From contig CAISKQ010000035.1 of NCBI GenBank assembly GCA_903885965.1, forward strand, positions 3,926-67,925: 64,000 bases of DNA. Direction: 5' to 3'. Shown in pieces: positions 1 to 8,839 of the stretch; within the stretch, counting starts at the first letter, position 1; each line of letters begins with the position of its first letter. A model generated the notes under the pieces. That model saw only the letters and a program-made list of their open reading frames with translations, searched no databases and was not told the origin of the DNA. This DNA is from an uncultured bacterium (GTDB lineage Bacteria; Patescibacteriota; Minisyncoccia; Moranbacterales; GWC2-37-73). A program made the position numbers and the translations under genes.

Positions 1-100
1 CAAAAAGGACATCCTTGCCACACTTGAGCAAATGGAAAAGTCCGGCCAAATGAACAGCCACCAAGTTTTTGAAGCCAAGAAAAGACTGGGACTATTATAG
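1..100 (+). CDS. 3' end of a gene truncated by the window edge
   Basis: Open frame from 2 (KKDILATLEQMEKSGQMNSHQVFEAKKRLGLL) to TAG at 98-100, followed by a hairpin and T-run. Confidence 0.55.
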   Translation, partial: KKDILATLEQMEKSGQMNSHQVFEAKKRLGLL

Positions 101-133
101 TCTCGGTTTTTTTAAAAATATTTTGCTAAAATT

Positions 134-574
134 ATGAAACTTTATCATGGATCTAAAAGGGACATTATCTTAATAGAAAGAAGGCAGGCTGGAAAGGCTG
201 ATAGCGTTGTAGTTCCAGAGACGGAATTACAAAATGCAATTTACTTGACGCCAGATTATGGTTTTGCTTTAGCTTGTGGAGCAAGGCCGAATGGAGTTAC
301 AACAATAGATAATGACAATAAGACTATTAACTTTGAAAATCCCGATCTATTTGATTCTAATGCAAGAGTTTTTGTATATGAAGTTGATGCTGGTAATATT
401 TCAAAAGAAAATATAGAACAGATTGATGAACGGCAATTTGTCGTGAGCAACATGGAAAGCTTGTCGTTTGAAAATAAATTTGTTCACAAAGCTGGTGATG
501 TTCAGAAATATTATGAGTTAAATAATTGGAAAGAAAAGCCAAGGGATACTAATATGGGCTTTAAAATAAGATAA
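134..574 (+). CDS. Putative ADP-ribosyltransferase-fold protein (Arr-like)
   Basis: N-terminal LYHGS, then IYLTPD and VFVYEVD strands, resembling H-Y type ART catalytic motifs. Confidence 0.5.
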   Translation: MKLYHGSKRDIILIERRQAGKADSVVVPETELQNAIYLTPDYGFALACGARPNGVTTIDNDNKTINFENPDLFDSNARVFVYEVDAGNISKENIEQIDERQFVVSNMESLSFENKFVHKAGDVQKYYELNNWKEKPRDTNMGFKIR

Positions 575-809
575 ATGGAAGCAGTTACTCCAGTCGGAAA
601 ATACACTAAAATACTCTGCTATTAATTAAAAAACAAAAAAAGGCTTGAAATAAACAAAGTTAAAAAAGAGGTCACTTTGTGAGCTGGAAATAGAAAATTT
701 TCATACCTTTAGCTTATAAATTAAGAGAAACTTTGTTAAAATATTTTTTAGTTAGCTATAATTAAATTCACACCTATAAATTAATATATGGGTGTGGAGA
801 AGAAATCAT

Positions 810-1223
810 ATGAAGTTATGTAGCGCCTGTCTGTTGGGTTTGAAGTGTCGTTATAACGCCGCATCCAAGCCCGATGAAAAAGTTTTGAAATTAGCCAAAG
901 ATGAAATCTTGATTCCAGTTTGCCCCGAGCAACTTGGCGGATTATCAACTCCACGAAAACCTGCCGAACAGCAAGGTGAGAAAGTCATGACTAAAGATAG
1001 CAAGGATGTGACTGAAAACTTCCAGCGCGGTGCTCAGCAAACCTTGGAAATTGCAAAATTATACAAAATCAAAACTGCAATTTTGAAACAAAAAAGTCCT
1101 TCTTGCGGTTGTGGGCAAATTTATGACGGAACTTTTTCGGGAACTATTATTGTTGGTGACGGAGTGACTGCCAAATTGCTCAAAGAAAATGGGATTGAAG
1201 TTTTAAGTGAAGATGATTTATGA
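810..1223 (+). CDS. DUF523 / 2-thiouracil desulfidase family protein
   Basis: SACLLG.CRY, PVCPEQLGGL.TPR, KSPSCG, GDGVTAKLL motifs; ATG at 810 preferred. Confidence 0.9.
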   Translation: MKLCSACLLGLKCRYNAASKPDEKVLKLAKDEILIPVCPEQLGGLSTPRKPAEQQGEKVMTKDSKDVTENFQRGAQQTLEIAKLYKIKTAILKQKSPSCGCGQIYDGTFSGTIIVGDGVTAKLLKENGIEVLSEDDL

Positions 1224-1242
1224 TTAACACACTTAGCTTATT

Positions 1243-1776
1243 ATGAAATATTCATATCAAAATCTTATTAACTTGAACCCAGCTGCTAAAACTTTTCTTG
1301 ACCTTGGTTGTGGGCAGGGTTTTGTTTCCCTTTATGCTTGTGCTAGAGGTCTTCAGGTTGATGCGGTAGATATTGAAAAAGTGACTCCCTTGGCAATTCA
1401 AGATTTGAAAACTGTTAACTATATTTCTGCAGATCTTAATAGTTGGCAACCTGCTGATAAATACGATATTATTGTGGCGCATCACAGTCTTCAATTTTTA
1501 TCAAAAAAGTATGCTTTGAATGAGTTTATCCCAAAACTGTGTGCCTCACTTAATCAGGGCGGACTTTTGGAAATTTTTTCTTTTACGCCAGAGGAGGAAT
1601 TGAATGTTCCGACGAAATATACCCTCGAAGAAATTTTAGCAGCGCTGAATTTTGACTTAGAAGTTATCAAGCAAGAAGTTCTCTCTTATGAAGGTTTGCA
1701 TAAGAAATTAGGAAAGCATACTTTTCATGAACTCCATGTCATTGCGAGGAAAAAAGTTTATTTTAAAAAAATATAA
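1243..1776 (+). CDS. Class I SAM-dependent methyltransferase
   Basis: LDLGCGQG motif I, VDAVD, YDII. Confidence 0.85.
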   Translation: MKYSYQNLINLNPAAKTFLDLGCGQGFVSLYACARGLQVDAVDIEKVTPLAIQDLKTVNYISADLNSWQPADKYDIIVAHHSLQFLSKKYALNEFIPKLCASLNQGGLLEIFSFTPEEELNVPTKYTLEEILAALNFDLEVIKQEVLSYEGLHKKLGKHTFHELHVIARKKVYFKKI

Positions 1777-1782
1777 AATTAT

Positions 1783-2115
1783 ATGGCAACCTATGAAGAT
1801 TTTCAAAAATTAGACATTAGGGTAGGGAAGATTATTGAAGTAGAAGATTTTCCTGAGGCGAGAAAACCATCCTTCAAACTCAAAATTGATCTTGGACCAG
1901 AAATTGGGATCAAAAAATCTTGCGCTCAGCTTCCGCAAAATTACAAAAAAGAGCAGTTGCTTGGCAAACAAGTTTTGTGTGTGGTAAATTTTCCGCCTCG
2001 CCAAATCGGCCCTGCTGTGTCTGAAGTTTTGACCCTCGGTTTGCCAGATGAAAATCACGAATGCATCTTGATAGCTCCCGACCAAGAAGTTCCCCTGGGT
2101 GGAAAGCTATACTAA
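1783..2115 (+). CDS. csaA: tRNA-binding OB-fold protein CsaA
   Basis: DFQKLDIRVGKI, VVNFPPRQIG, SEVLTLG. Confidence 0.9.
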   Translation: MATYEDFQKLDIRVGKIIEVEDFPEARKPSFKLKIDLGPEIGIKKSCAQLPQNYKKEQLLGKQVLCVVNFPPRQIGPAVSEVLTLGLPDENHECILIAPDQEVPLGGKLY

Positions 2116-2141
2116 TCCTAATTAATCAATGTGGTTGTGTT

Positions 2142-2169
2142 ATACTTCCATATATCCATTTATGGAAGT
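2142..2169. repeat. Palindromic direct repeat, left copy flanking TrpR-like gene 1
   Basis: ATACTTCCATATATCCATTTATGGAAGT, identical to 2692-2719; ACTTCCATA/TATGGAAGT arms. Confidence 0.95.
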
Positions 2170-2266
2170 GGAGCTATCTTTTATAAAGAAGAAATAAATT
2201 ATATATAATAAAAAGCTCTTATCAGATAGCAGAATTATAAAAATTAAAAAAATAAAATAAAATTAT

Positions 2267-2674
2267 ATGTCGAAGGTAAAACCCCATATGATTGATCCGA
2301 ATGAAAAGTTTCAAGCAATTGATAGTTTGTTCGAGGTCATTTCAAAACTAAAAACTAAGCAGGAAATTGTTGATTTTTTTCTGGGGCTCTTTACCGCCAG
2401 TGAATCCTTGATGATGGCACGCAGAGTTCAAATTGCTAGGATGCTCTTGAGTGAAAAAAGCTATGATGAGATAATGAAAAAGTTGAGGGTTAGCAGTCAA
2501 ACTATCAATGCTACTGACAAATGGTTGCACAAGGGAGATGAAAAATATACAGCTTGGCTCAAAAGTAGAGTCTCAGCTGTTGAAAATATAAAGACTTCAA
2601 AAAAAGATTTGACCTATGCAAGTCTGCTGGATAAATATCCCTATCATAGATTTATCAAAAATCTTTTTGACTAG
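2267..2674 (+). CDS. TrpR/YerC-YecD family HTH protein (paralogue 1)
   Basis: DFFLGLFTASESLMMARRVQIARML..KSYDEIMKKLRVSSQTI..KWL pattern. Confidence 0.85.
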   Translation: MSKVKPHMIDPNEKFQAIDSLFEVISKLKTKQEIVDFFLGLFTASESLMMARRVQIARMLLSEKSYDEIMKKLRVSSQTINATDKWLHKGDEKYTAWLKSRVSAVENIKTSKKDLTYASLLDKYPYHRFIKNLFD

Positions 2675-2691
2675 TAATTAGCAAGAGTCCA

Positions 2692-2719
2692 ATACTTCCA
2701 TATATCCATTTATGGAAGT
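2692..2719. repeat. Palindromic direct repeat, right copy flanking TrpR-like gene 1
   Basis: 28/28 identical to 2142-2169; 2693-2720 reads TACTTCCATAT-ATCCAT-TTATGGAAGTA (11-6-11). Confidence 0.95.
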
Positions 2720-2746
2720 AAGGAAATAGCTTGTGAAATATAAAAT

Positions 2747-3244
2747 ATGAATGATGAAATTGTTTTGGAAAAACTTTTGCAAGAATTTTCGGAAAAGTTG
2801 CCGAAGTTTGAGGATGGAAGAATTGACTATTCAACTTCCGACAAAGCACCGGTTTTGAATTGCTTTGTCAAATTTGAAAGTCAGATTTTGATTTTGAAGC
2901 GTAGTGACAAAGTTCGTGCTTATCAGGGACTTTGGAATTCTATTGGTGGCTATTTGGATGAACCTGTTGCGCTTGAGGAAAAAGTGTTGGAAGAACTCAG
3001 GGAAGAACTTGGTATAATGCCCGACTTGATTTTGCAAATAAAAAAGGGAAAGCCTTATGAACTTTTTGATGACGAAATTCAAAAAACGTGGTTTATTTTT
3101 CCAATTTTGGCAGAACTGAAAATGCAGCCAGAAATCAAACTAGACTGGGAGCATACTGAGTTCAAATGGATTAATCTTGGGGATTTGAAAGATTTTGAAA
3201 CTGTGTCAGGATTGGAAAAGATTTTAGAGGCAGTATTAAAATAA
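2747..3244 (+). CDS. NUDIX hydrolase
   Basis: LILKRS, GGYLDE..EELREELGI Nudix box, LDWEHTEFKW. Confidence 0.9.
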   Translation: MNDEIVLEKLLQEFSEKLPKFEDGRIDYSTSDKAPVLNCFVKFESQILILKRSDKVRAYQGLWNSIGGYLDEPVALEEKVLEELREELGIMPDLILQIKKGKPYELFDDEIQKTWFIFPILAELKMQPEIKLDWEHTEFKWINLGDLKDFETVSGLEKILEAVLK

Positions 3245-3289
3245 GTTAAATACAAATGATATATATGAAAGTATATTTTTTTTAAAGTT

Positions 3290-3733
3290 ATGAATGTAGA
3301 AGAATTTAGAAAAAAAATTAAAATAGATTTGAGAATAGTTGTTGATAATCAGATTTTTAAAATTGAGCAGCTAGTTAAATTTCGTTACGATGATGGTAGT
3401 TTTTATATTAAATGCTATTTACAAAACGGTTTTGTTTTGGCAGATGATTTGAATGATAATATTTTTGTATTCGTGAAAGAAATTCAAAGTGATATCCAAT
3501 TGCCTTTTTCAGAGAATTTAGAATTTGACGGAAAGAAATTTGAATTCTTGTTTGAGGCGCATGCTGTAGCTGAGGAAATCTGGGGGAAAGAACTTTTCAA
3601 AAAGAGTGAGGGAGAAAAATTTTGGGATTATAAAAGCGAGGATGAATCATATCTTAGCCTTGGTATTCACGATGAAACAGGTAAAAGGCAAGATTTTTAT
3701 GGAAAAATAATTAAGGATGTGGAGTTTTTATAA
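3290..3733 (+). CDS. Hypothetical protein, possibly DUF4178-like
   Basis: 147-aa ORF with acidic/aromatic beta-rich sequence and FWDY...LSL motif; family call tentative. Confidence 0.6.
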   Translation: MNVEEFRKKIKIDLRIVVDNQIFKIEQLVKFRYDDGSFYIKCYLQNGFVLADDLNDNIFVFVKEIQSDIQLPFSENLEFDGKKFEFLFEAHAVAEEIWGKELFKKSEGEKFWDYKSEDESYLSLGIHDETGKRQDFYGKIIKDVEFL

Positions 3734-3807
3734 TTTTGCTGTTTTATATTGCCATAATAGACTTAAATTGGTAAGATTGATTTATAAGAAATGTCAGCAT
3801 TAATGAA

Positions 3808-3919
3808 TGTCATCTCGAACTCCATAGCGATGCGGCATGGTTGTCGTGTTTCAGGATTGAGGATGTATAAAGCTAGTTGAGATAAAAGAGGTAGATTCTG
3901 AAATAAATTCAGAATGACA
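3808..3919. repeat. GTCAT...ATGAC double-hairpin repeat, copy A (degenerate, left hairpin interrupted)
   Basis: TGTCATCTCGAACT..TGTTTCAGGAT ... GATTCTGAAATAAATTCAGAATGACA; related to copies at 29069 and 42518. Confidence 0.7.
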
Positions 3920-3933
3920 CTCTAGCGAAGAAT

Positions 3934-4962
3934 ATGTTAAAAGAAAAAATTGTTAAAATCAAAGAAGAGGCACGGGTTGCAGTTGAAAACGCCAAAACTG
4001 TGGAAGATGTTTTGCAGCTCGAGATTCAGTTCTTGGGACGCAAAAGCGAGTTTGTGGGAATTTTAAGGCAACTTAAAGATGTTTCAGCGCAGGAAAAAAA
4101 AGAGGTTGGGCAACTGGCCAATTCTGTTAAGGTTGAAATTCAAAATCTGCTAGATCAAAAGAAAAAAAATCTCGCTTCAACTTTTGACGCAAAGGCGGAG
4201 AAAATTGACGTCACTGTTCCAGCCATCAAACTGCGCCAGGGACATCTCCATCCCTTGACTCAAATTCAAAATGAAATTGAAGACATTTTCACTTCGATGG
4301 GTTTTGAAATTGCCGATGGACCGGAAGTGGAAACAGAGTTCTATAATTTTGATGCTTTGAATATGCCTAAGGATCATCCAGCGCGTGATATGCAAGATAC
4401 CTTTTGGTTAAAAGCGGAAGCAGGAAAAGAAAAAATCGCACTTCGTCCAATGACTTCAGCAGTTCAAGTTCGTTATATGGAAAAACACCAACCGCCTTTT
4501 CGGATTATTGCGCCTGGAAGATGTTTTAGGAATGAAGCCACTGATACAACTCACGAGCATTCATTTAATCAATTCGAAGCTTTAGTCGTTGGTGATGATA
4601 TTAATGTTGGGAATATGAAATATATGGCCGAACAATTTTTTTCAGCTTTTTTCAAGCAAGAAGTTAAAGTTAGGTTGCGACCAAGTTATTTTCCATTCAC
4701 GGAACCAAGTTTTGAATTTGATATAAGTTGTTTAGTTTGTGGGCATAAAGGCTGTTCTTCTTGTCGAGGAGCTGGCTGGATAGAACTTGGTGGGGCTGGC
4801 ATGGTAAATCAAAATGTTTTTGTTGCTTCCGGTTATCCAAGAGGGAAATACCAAGGTTTTGCCTGGGGATTTGGACTTGAACGCTTGGCAATGATGAAAT
4901 ACAAAATTGACGACATTCGTCATTTTCACAGCGGCGATTTGAGGTTTATTAAACAATTCTAA
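3934..4962 (+). CDS. pheS: Phenylalanine--tRNA ligase alpha subunit
   Basis: HPARDMQDTF, RPSYFPFTEPS, GFAWGFGLERLAM. Confidence 0.98.
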   Translation: MLKEKIVKIKEEARVAVENAKTVEDVLQLEIQFLGRKSEFVGILRQLKDVSAQEKKEVGQLANSVKVEIQNLLDQKKKNLASTFDAKAEKIDVTVPAIKLRQGHLHPLTQIQNEIEDIFTSMGFEIADGPEVETEFYNFDALNMPKDHPARDMQDTFWLKAEAGKEKIALRPMTSAVQVRYMEKHQPPFRIIAPGRCFRNEATDTTHEHSFNQFEALVVGDDINVGNMKYMAEQFFSAFFKQEVKVRLRPSYFPFTEPSFEFDISCLVCGHKGCSSCRGAGWIELGGAGMVNQNVFVASGYPRGKYQGFAWGFGLERLAMMKYKIDDIRHFHSGDLRFIKQF

Positions 4963-4969
4963 AAGACCC

Positions 4970-5111
4970 TACGAAAATACAAAATAAATACAAAAGTACA
5001 AAAAGTTTCTCATCGCATTTATTTCGTATTTTCGTATTTTTGCCTGCCTCGACGGTAGGCGGGTAAAATTTTGTAATTATGTAGGTGCTAAAGTAAATTT
5101 GTAATTTGTAG
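4970..5111. repeat. Degenerate TACGAA/TACAAA array followed by its complement (TTCGTA/TTTGTA), with an inserted GC palindrome
   Basis: tacgaaaatacaaaataaatacaaaagtacaaaa ... atttcgtattttcgtatttt ... ttttgtaatt; cctgcctcgacggtaggcggg at 5043-5063. Confidence 0.7.
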
Positions 5112-5115
5112 AACT

Positions 5116-7533
5116 ATGAAATATTCTTACAGTTGGCTAAAAGAAATATCAGGAACAAAATTATCACCAGAAGAATTAATCCAGGGTATCACAATGCATG
5201 CGCTTGAAATTGAAGGCGTGGAAAAAGTTGGCTCAGATTTTGAAGGTGTGGTGGTGGGAGAAATCTTGGAAATATCCAAGCATCCAAATGCTGATAAACT
5301 GCAACTTACCAAAGTCAATATCGGAGACAAAGTCTTGGATATTGTTTGTGGTGCCAAAAATATTTCAGTGGGAGAAAAGGTTCCTGTGGCGCAGATTGGT
5401 TCAGTTCTGCCAGGTGATTTCAAGATCAAAGAAGCTGAAATCCGGGGTGTCAAATCCTTTGGTATGCTTTGCGCCCCAGATGAACTGGGGCTCGGCAGTG
5501 ATCATAGCGGTATTTTACTTTTGGAAAAATCTTTGAAAATTGGAACACCTCTAAGTGCATTGTTTGATGAGAAAGATCAAATTTTGGAAATTAAAGTATT
5601 GCCCGATAGGGCTCATGATGCAGTTAGTCACGTTGGGCTTGCTCGCGAAGTTGCTGCGCTTGATGGAGATATTATTGAATATGATTATGACGGCTTGAAA
5701 CTTGCGAAAAAGAAAACCTCGAGCATCACGGTTTCTATTGAAAATAAAGATTTGTGCGAGCGATATATTGCCGCAAAATTGGATAATGTAACCATTAAGC
5801 AATCTCCACAATGGATTTCAACTCGCTTGGAGAGGTGTGGAATCAGGTCAATCAACAATGTGGTTGATGTGACAAACTATGTAATGCTAGAACTTGGTCA
5901 ACCGATGCATGCATTTGATTTTGCACAAATTTCAAGCGGTGAAGTGGCGGAGATAATCATCAGGAATGCGAAAAAGGATGAAGAAATCGTGATTTTGGAT
6001 GGCAGTGTGAAAAAAATGTCCAGTGATGATGTTGTCATAGCAAACAAAACAGACGTGCTTGCGCTGGCTGGTGTTATGGGTGGCAAAAAAAGTGGAGTTA
6101 GCGAAAAAACCACGAGTATTATGCTTGAGTCAGCAACTTTCAATCCAACCTCTATTCGTAAAACAAAAAATAAGTTCACGCTCCAGACAGACGCTGCTAT
6201 GCGCTTTGAAAAAGGACTTGATCCTAATATTGCGGAAAAAGCGATGGTGCGAGCAATTGAGCTTTTAACCCACATTACTGACGCTAAACTGGCTGGAATT
6301 GTTGATGAGTATCCAACCGTTAAAAAAACTTGGACGATTAAACTTGATTTAAAATACGTAAATTCATTGCTCGGAGAAGAGATTCCTGCAAGTGTTAGCA
6401 AAAAAATTCTCACTTCGCTTGGCTGCGAGGTAAAAAACTCTGGAAAAGACTTGATAGTAACAGTTCCAACCTTTAGGCTTGATTTGCTCACGCAGGAAGA
6501 CTTGATTGAAGAAATCGGCAGAGTTTATGGTTATGAGAAAATTGTTGCAACGCCGCAAATGGTTTCCATAAAACCTCCTGTAGCTAGTGAAAAAAGAACT
6601 TTTGTCAGGAGCGTTAAAAATGTCCTGGTTGGGCTTGGATTTTCAGAAGTATACAACTATGCCTTTTATGGACGCAAAGACGCTGAGGCAGCAAAATTAC
6701 AAACATTCAAGCACTTAGAACTCGAACTCCCAATGAATTGCGAGCAGTCTATCTTGCGCGTGAGCTTGATCCCGAATTTACTGAAAAATGTACGGGAAAA
6801 CTTGAAACACACAAAGGAGATGCATATTTTTGAAATCGGAAAAGTTTTTCTGCCAAATGATGCCAAAGCTTTGCCAGCTGAAAAAAATATGCTCTGCGGC
6901 ATCGTGGTGCTTGAAAAGAAAGCAAACAAGAAAGGTGCTCAAGAAGATTTACAGCAAACTTTGTTTTTTTCGGCCAAATCCCTGGTAAACAATTTAATGA
7001 TACAGTTTGGCATAACAGATCAATATTACGCAGCCATGGAAGATGGCTTTGCACAAATTTCAAAAACTTTTTGCCATGAAGGTCGTGCCAGTGAGATTAA
7101 AATTGACGGAAGTGACCAAGCAATTGGTTGCATTGCAGAAATAAACCCGTTAGTTTTGGCTGATTTTGACGTCAGCGGCAGGGTGGCATTTTTCGAATTT
7201 GACCTTGAATTACTGCAAAACATTTCCAATGCTCAATGTGAGTTCAAATCAATTCCAAAATACCCGAATGTTATGAGGGATATTGCGATGATTGTCTCAG
7301 GAGGCCAGAGAGTGGATGATATTTTGGCTGTTATTCAAGCAGAAGGTGGAGATTTGATTGTGGATGCCGATTTGTTCGATATTTTTGATTTTGCCGACGG
7401 GACCTCGAATTATGCGTTTCATATCATGCTAAATGCTGAAAATAGGACGCTAACAAGCGAAGAAGTCGACATTATTATGAAAAAAATAGCTTCTAAATTG
7501 GAGGAAAAACTGGAAATTAAAATCAGAAAGTAG
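5116..7533 (+). CDS. pheT: Phenylalanine--tRNA ligase beta subunit
   Basis: HPNADKL, IRGVKSFGMLC, DLIEEIGRVYGY, C-terminal anticodon-binding domain; follows pheS. Confidence 0.98.
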   Translation: MKYSYSWLKEISGTKLSPEELIQGITMHALEIEGVEKVGSDFEGVVVGEILEISKHPNADKLQLTKVNIGDKVLDIVCGAKNISVGEKVPVAQIGSVLPGDFKIKEAEIRGVKSFGMLCAPDELGLGSDHSGILLLEKSLKIGTPLSALFDEKDQILEIKVLPDRAHDAVSHVGLAREVAALDGDIIEYDYDGLKLAKKKTSSITVSIENKDLCERYIAAKLDNVTIKQSPQWISTRLERCGIRSINNVVDVTNYVMLELGQPMHAFDFAQISSGEVAEIIIRNAKKDEEIVILDGSVKKMSSDDVVIANKTDVLALAGVMGGKKSGVSEKTTSIMLESATFNPTSIRKTKNKFTLQTDAAMRFEKGLDPNIAEKAMVRAIELLTHITDAKLAGIVDEYPTVKKTWTIKLDLKYVNSLLGEEIPASVSKKILTSLGCEVKNSGKDLIVTVPTFRLDLLTQEDLIEEIGRVYGYEKIVATPQMVSIKPPVASEKRTFVRSVKNVLVGLGFSEVYNYAFYGRKDAEAAKLQTFKHLELELPMNCEQSILRVSLIPNLLKNVRENLKHTKEMHIFEIGKVFLPNDAKALPAEKNMLCGIVVLEKKANKKGAQEDLQQTLFFSAKSLVNNLMIQFGITDQYYAAMEDGFAQISKTFCHEGRASEIKIDGSDQAIGCIAEINPLVLADFDVSGRVAFFEFDLELLQNISNAQCEFKSIPKYPNVMRDIAMIVSGGQRVDDILAVIQAEGGDLIVDADLFDIFDFADGTSNYAFHIMLNAENRTLTSEEVDIIMKKIASKLEEKLEIKIRK

Positions 7534-7686
7534 GAAATTTGGATTGGTAACTTATAAATAAAATAGAGCAAGACGTAATCCCCGGATTGCGTTTTTTCAT
7601 CGATTCTTGAAAAAGATTGACAAAAATTCATAATGTGTTAATATAATTTGAACCTTAATATATTAAGATATTGTAATATAAGCGAT

Positions 7687-8742
7687 ATGAAAAATGTGAT
7701 TACTGAAGAAAAAAAGGCTCCAGTAGAAAAGGGATTCTTTTCTGCGGCCTTAAATGCGATTATTTGCGATTTATCAATGAGGTCGCAGGAAATAATTTTT
7801 AGTCGCTATGGTATTCATGGAGACGGAGCACTGACTCTTGAGGAAATAGGTGGGAAATATACCATCACCAGAGAACGGGTCAGGCAAGTCATTAGAGAAG
7901 CTTTGAAAAAAGTTCGAGAAAAAAACAATCATCCTGAATTTGTGAAAGTTCGAGAAATTGTTATTTTGGCTATTGCAAAAAACAGTGGTATAATTAGCAG
8001 GAAGAAACTTCTGGAGGTTCTTGGAAATGATAATCTTGCTGAACAGGCTGCCGTTCGTTTTTTTCTTGAATGTATTAATCAAATCAAGAGTCATGAAGTT
8101 AAAGGAGAATTATCTTTTTCTTATGCGCTTTCCGATTTTGATATTGAACATTGGCGCAAAACTAAAAATGCAACTTTGTCAGTCTTGAAAAAAGAGAAGA
8201 AGCCTTTGACAGCAGAAGAACTTTTTGAATTCGCAGTTGGCGAGTTGGAAAGCGATTTAAGCAAAGATCATTTTGTTTATCACCTTGAAATTTCACAAGA
8301 AATAAAGCAAAATAATTTTGGCAAATGGGGCGCTATCAAATGGAAGGAAATTTCACCTAAAGGCACGCGCGAAAAGGCCTACCTTGTTCTCAAGGAAGCA
8401 GGTAGCCCGCTTCATTTCAAAGAAATTGCAAAAAAGATAGACAAGCATCACCTCAATAAGAAAAAAACTCATCCACAGACAGTTCACAATGAACTAATTA
8501 AGGATAGTAATTTTGTTTTGGTTGGTAGGGGAATTTACGCACTTTCAGAATGGGGTTATCAAAAAGGAACCGTGAAAGATGTTATCAAAGAAATTATTCT
8601 GAAAAATTCAAAATCATTAAATAGAGATGAAATTCTGAAAAAAGTTCTCGAAATCAGACAAGTCAAGAAATCTACAATTGTAATAAACCTCAACAATTTT
8701 TTTTCCAAGTCAAAAGATGGTTTATATTGCCTCAAAAAATAG
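7687..8742 (+). CDS. Sigma-70 region-4 HTH plus HARE-HTH/RNA polymerase delta-like domain protein
   Basis: LTLEEIG..ITRERVRQ (sigma region 4); PLHFKEIA..TVHNELIKD..FVLVGRGIYALSEWG; no region 2 visible. Confidence 0.75.
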   Translation: MKNVITEEKKAPVEKGFFSAALNAIICDLSMRSQEIIFSRYGIHGDGALTLEEIGGKYTITRERVRQVIREALKKVREKNNHPEFVKVREIVILAIAKNSGIISRKKLLEVLGNDNLAEQAAVRFFLECINQIKSHEVKGELSFSYALSDFDIEHWRKTKNATLSVLKKEKKPLTAEELFEFAVGELESDLSKDHFVYHLEISQEIKQNNFGKWGAIKWKEISPKGTREKAYLVLKEAGSPLHFKEIAKKIDKHHLNKKKTHPQTVHNELIKDSNFVLVGRGIYALSEWGYQKGTVKDVIKEIILKNSKSLNRDEILKKVLEIRQVKKSTIVINLNNFFSKSKDGLYCLKK

Positions 8743-8839
8743 ATAAGTGGCGCTGGAAACTATATAATTGTTATTGAATTTGTAAACCTGAGGCGAACTT
8801 CTATTTCGCTAAACAATAAAAACAGCAAACATAAAAATC

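Noticed and set aside
575-790. Possible decayed gene between the ART-like and DUF523 genes
   Set aside because: Only very short frames and no identifiable homology by eye
2267-2674. Naming the TrpR-like genes trpR (tryptophan regulation)
   Set aside because: No trp genes in the window, and the flanking sites do not resemble the CTAG-based E. coli trp operator
3244-3272. Possible fifth ACTTnnATA/TATnnAAGT site
   Set aside because: Only the right half (TATGAAAGT) matches; no left arm at the 8-bp spacing
134-3733. Integron cassette array explaining the run of small genes
   Set aside because: No repeated RYYYAAC...GTTRRRY attC structures or integrase seen
3780-3933. T-box riboswitch upstream of pheS
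   Set aside because: No UGGNACC T-box motif; the structure is explained by the GTCAT...ATGAC repeat family
5127-7229. Long antisense and overlapping ORFs (within pheT, also the acyl-CoA ligase and others)
   Set aside because: Shadow frames of well-supported genes
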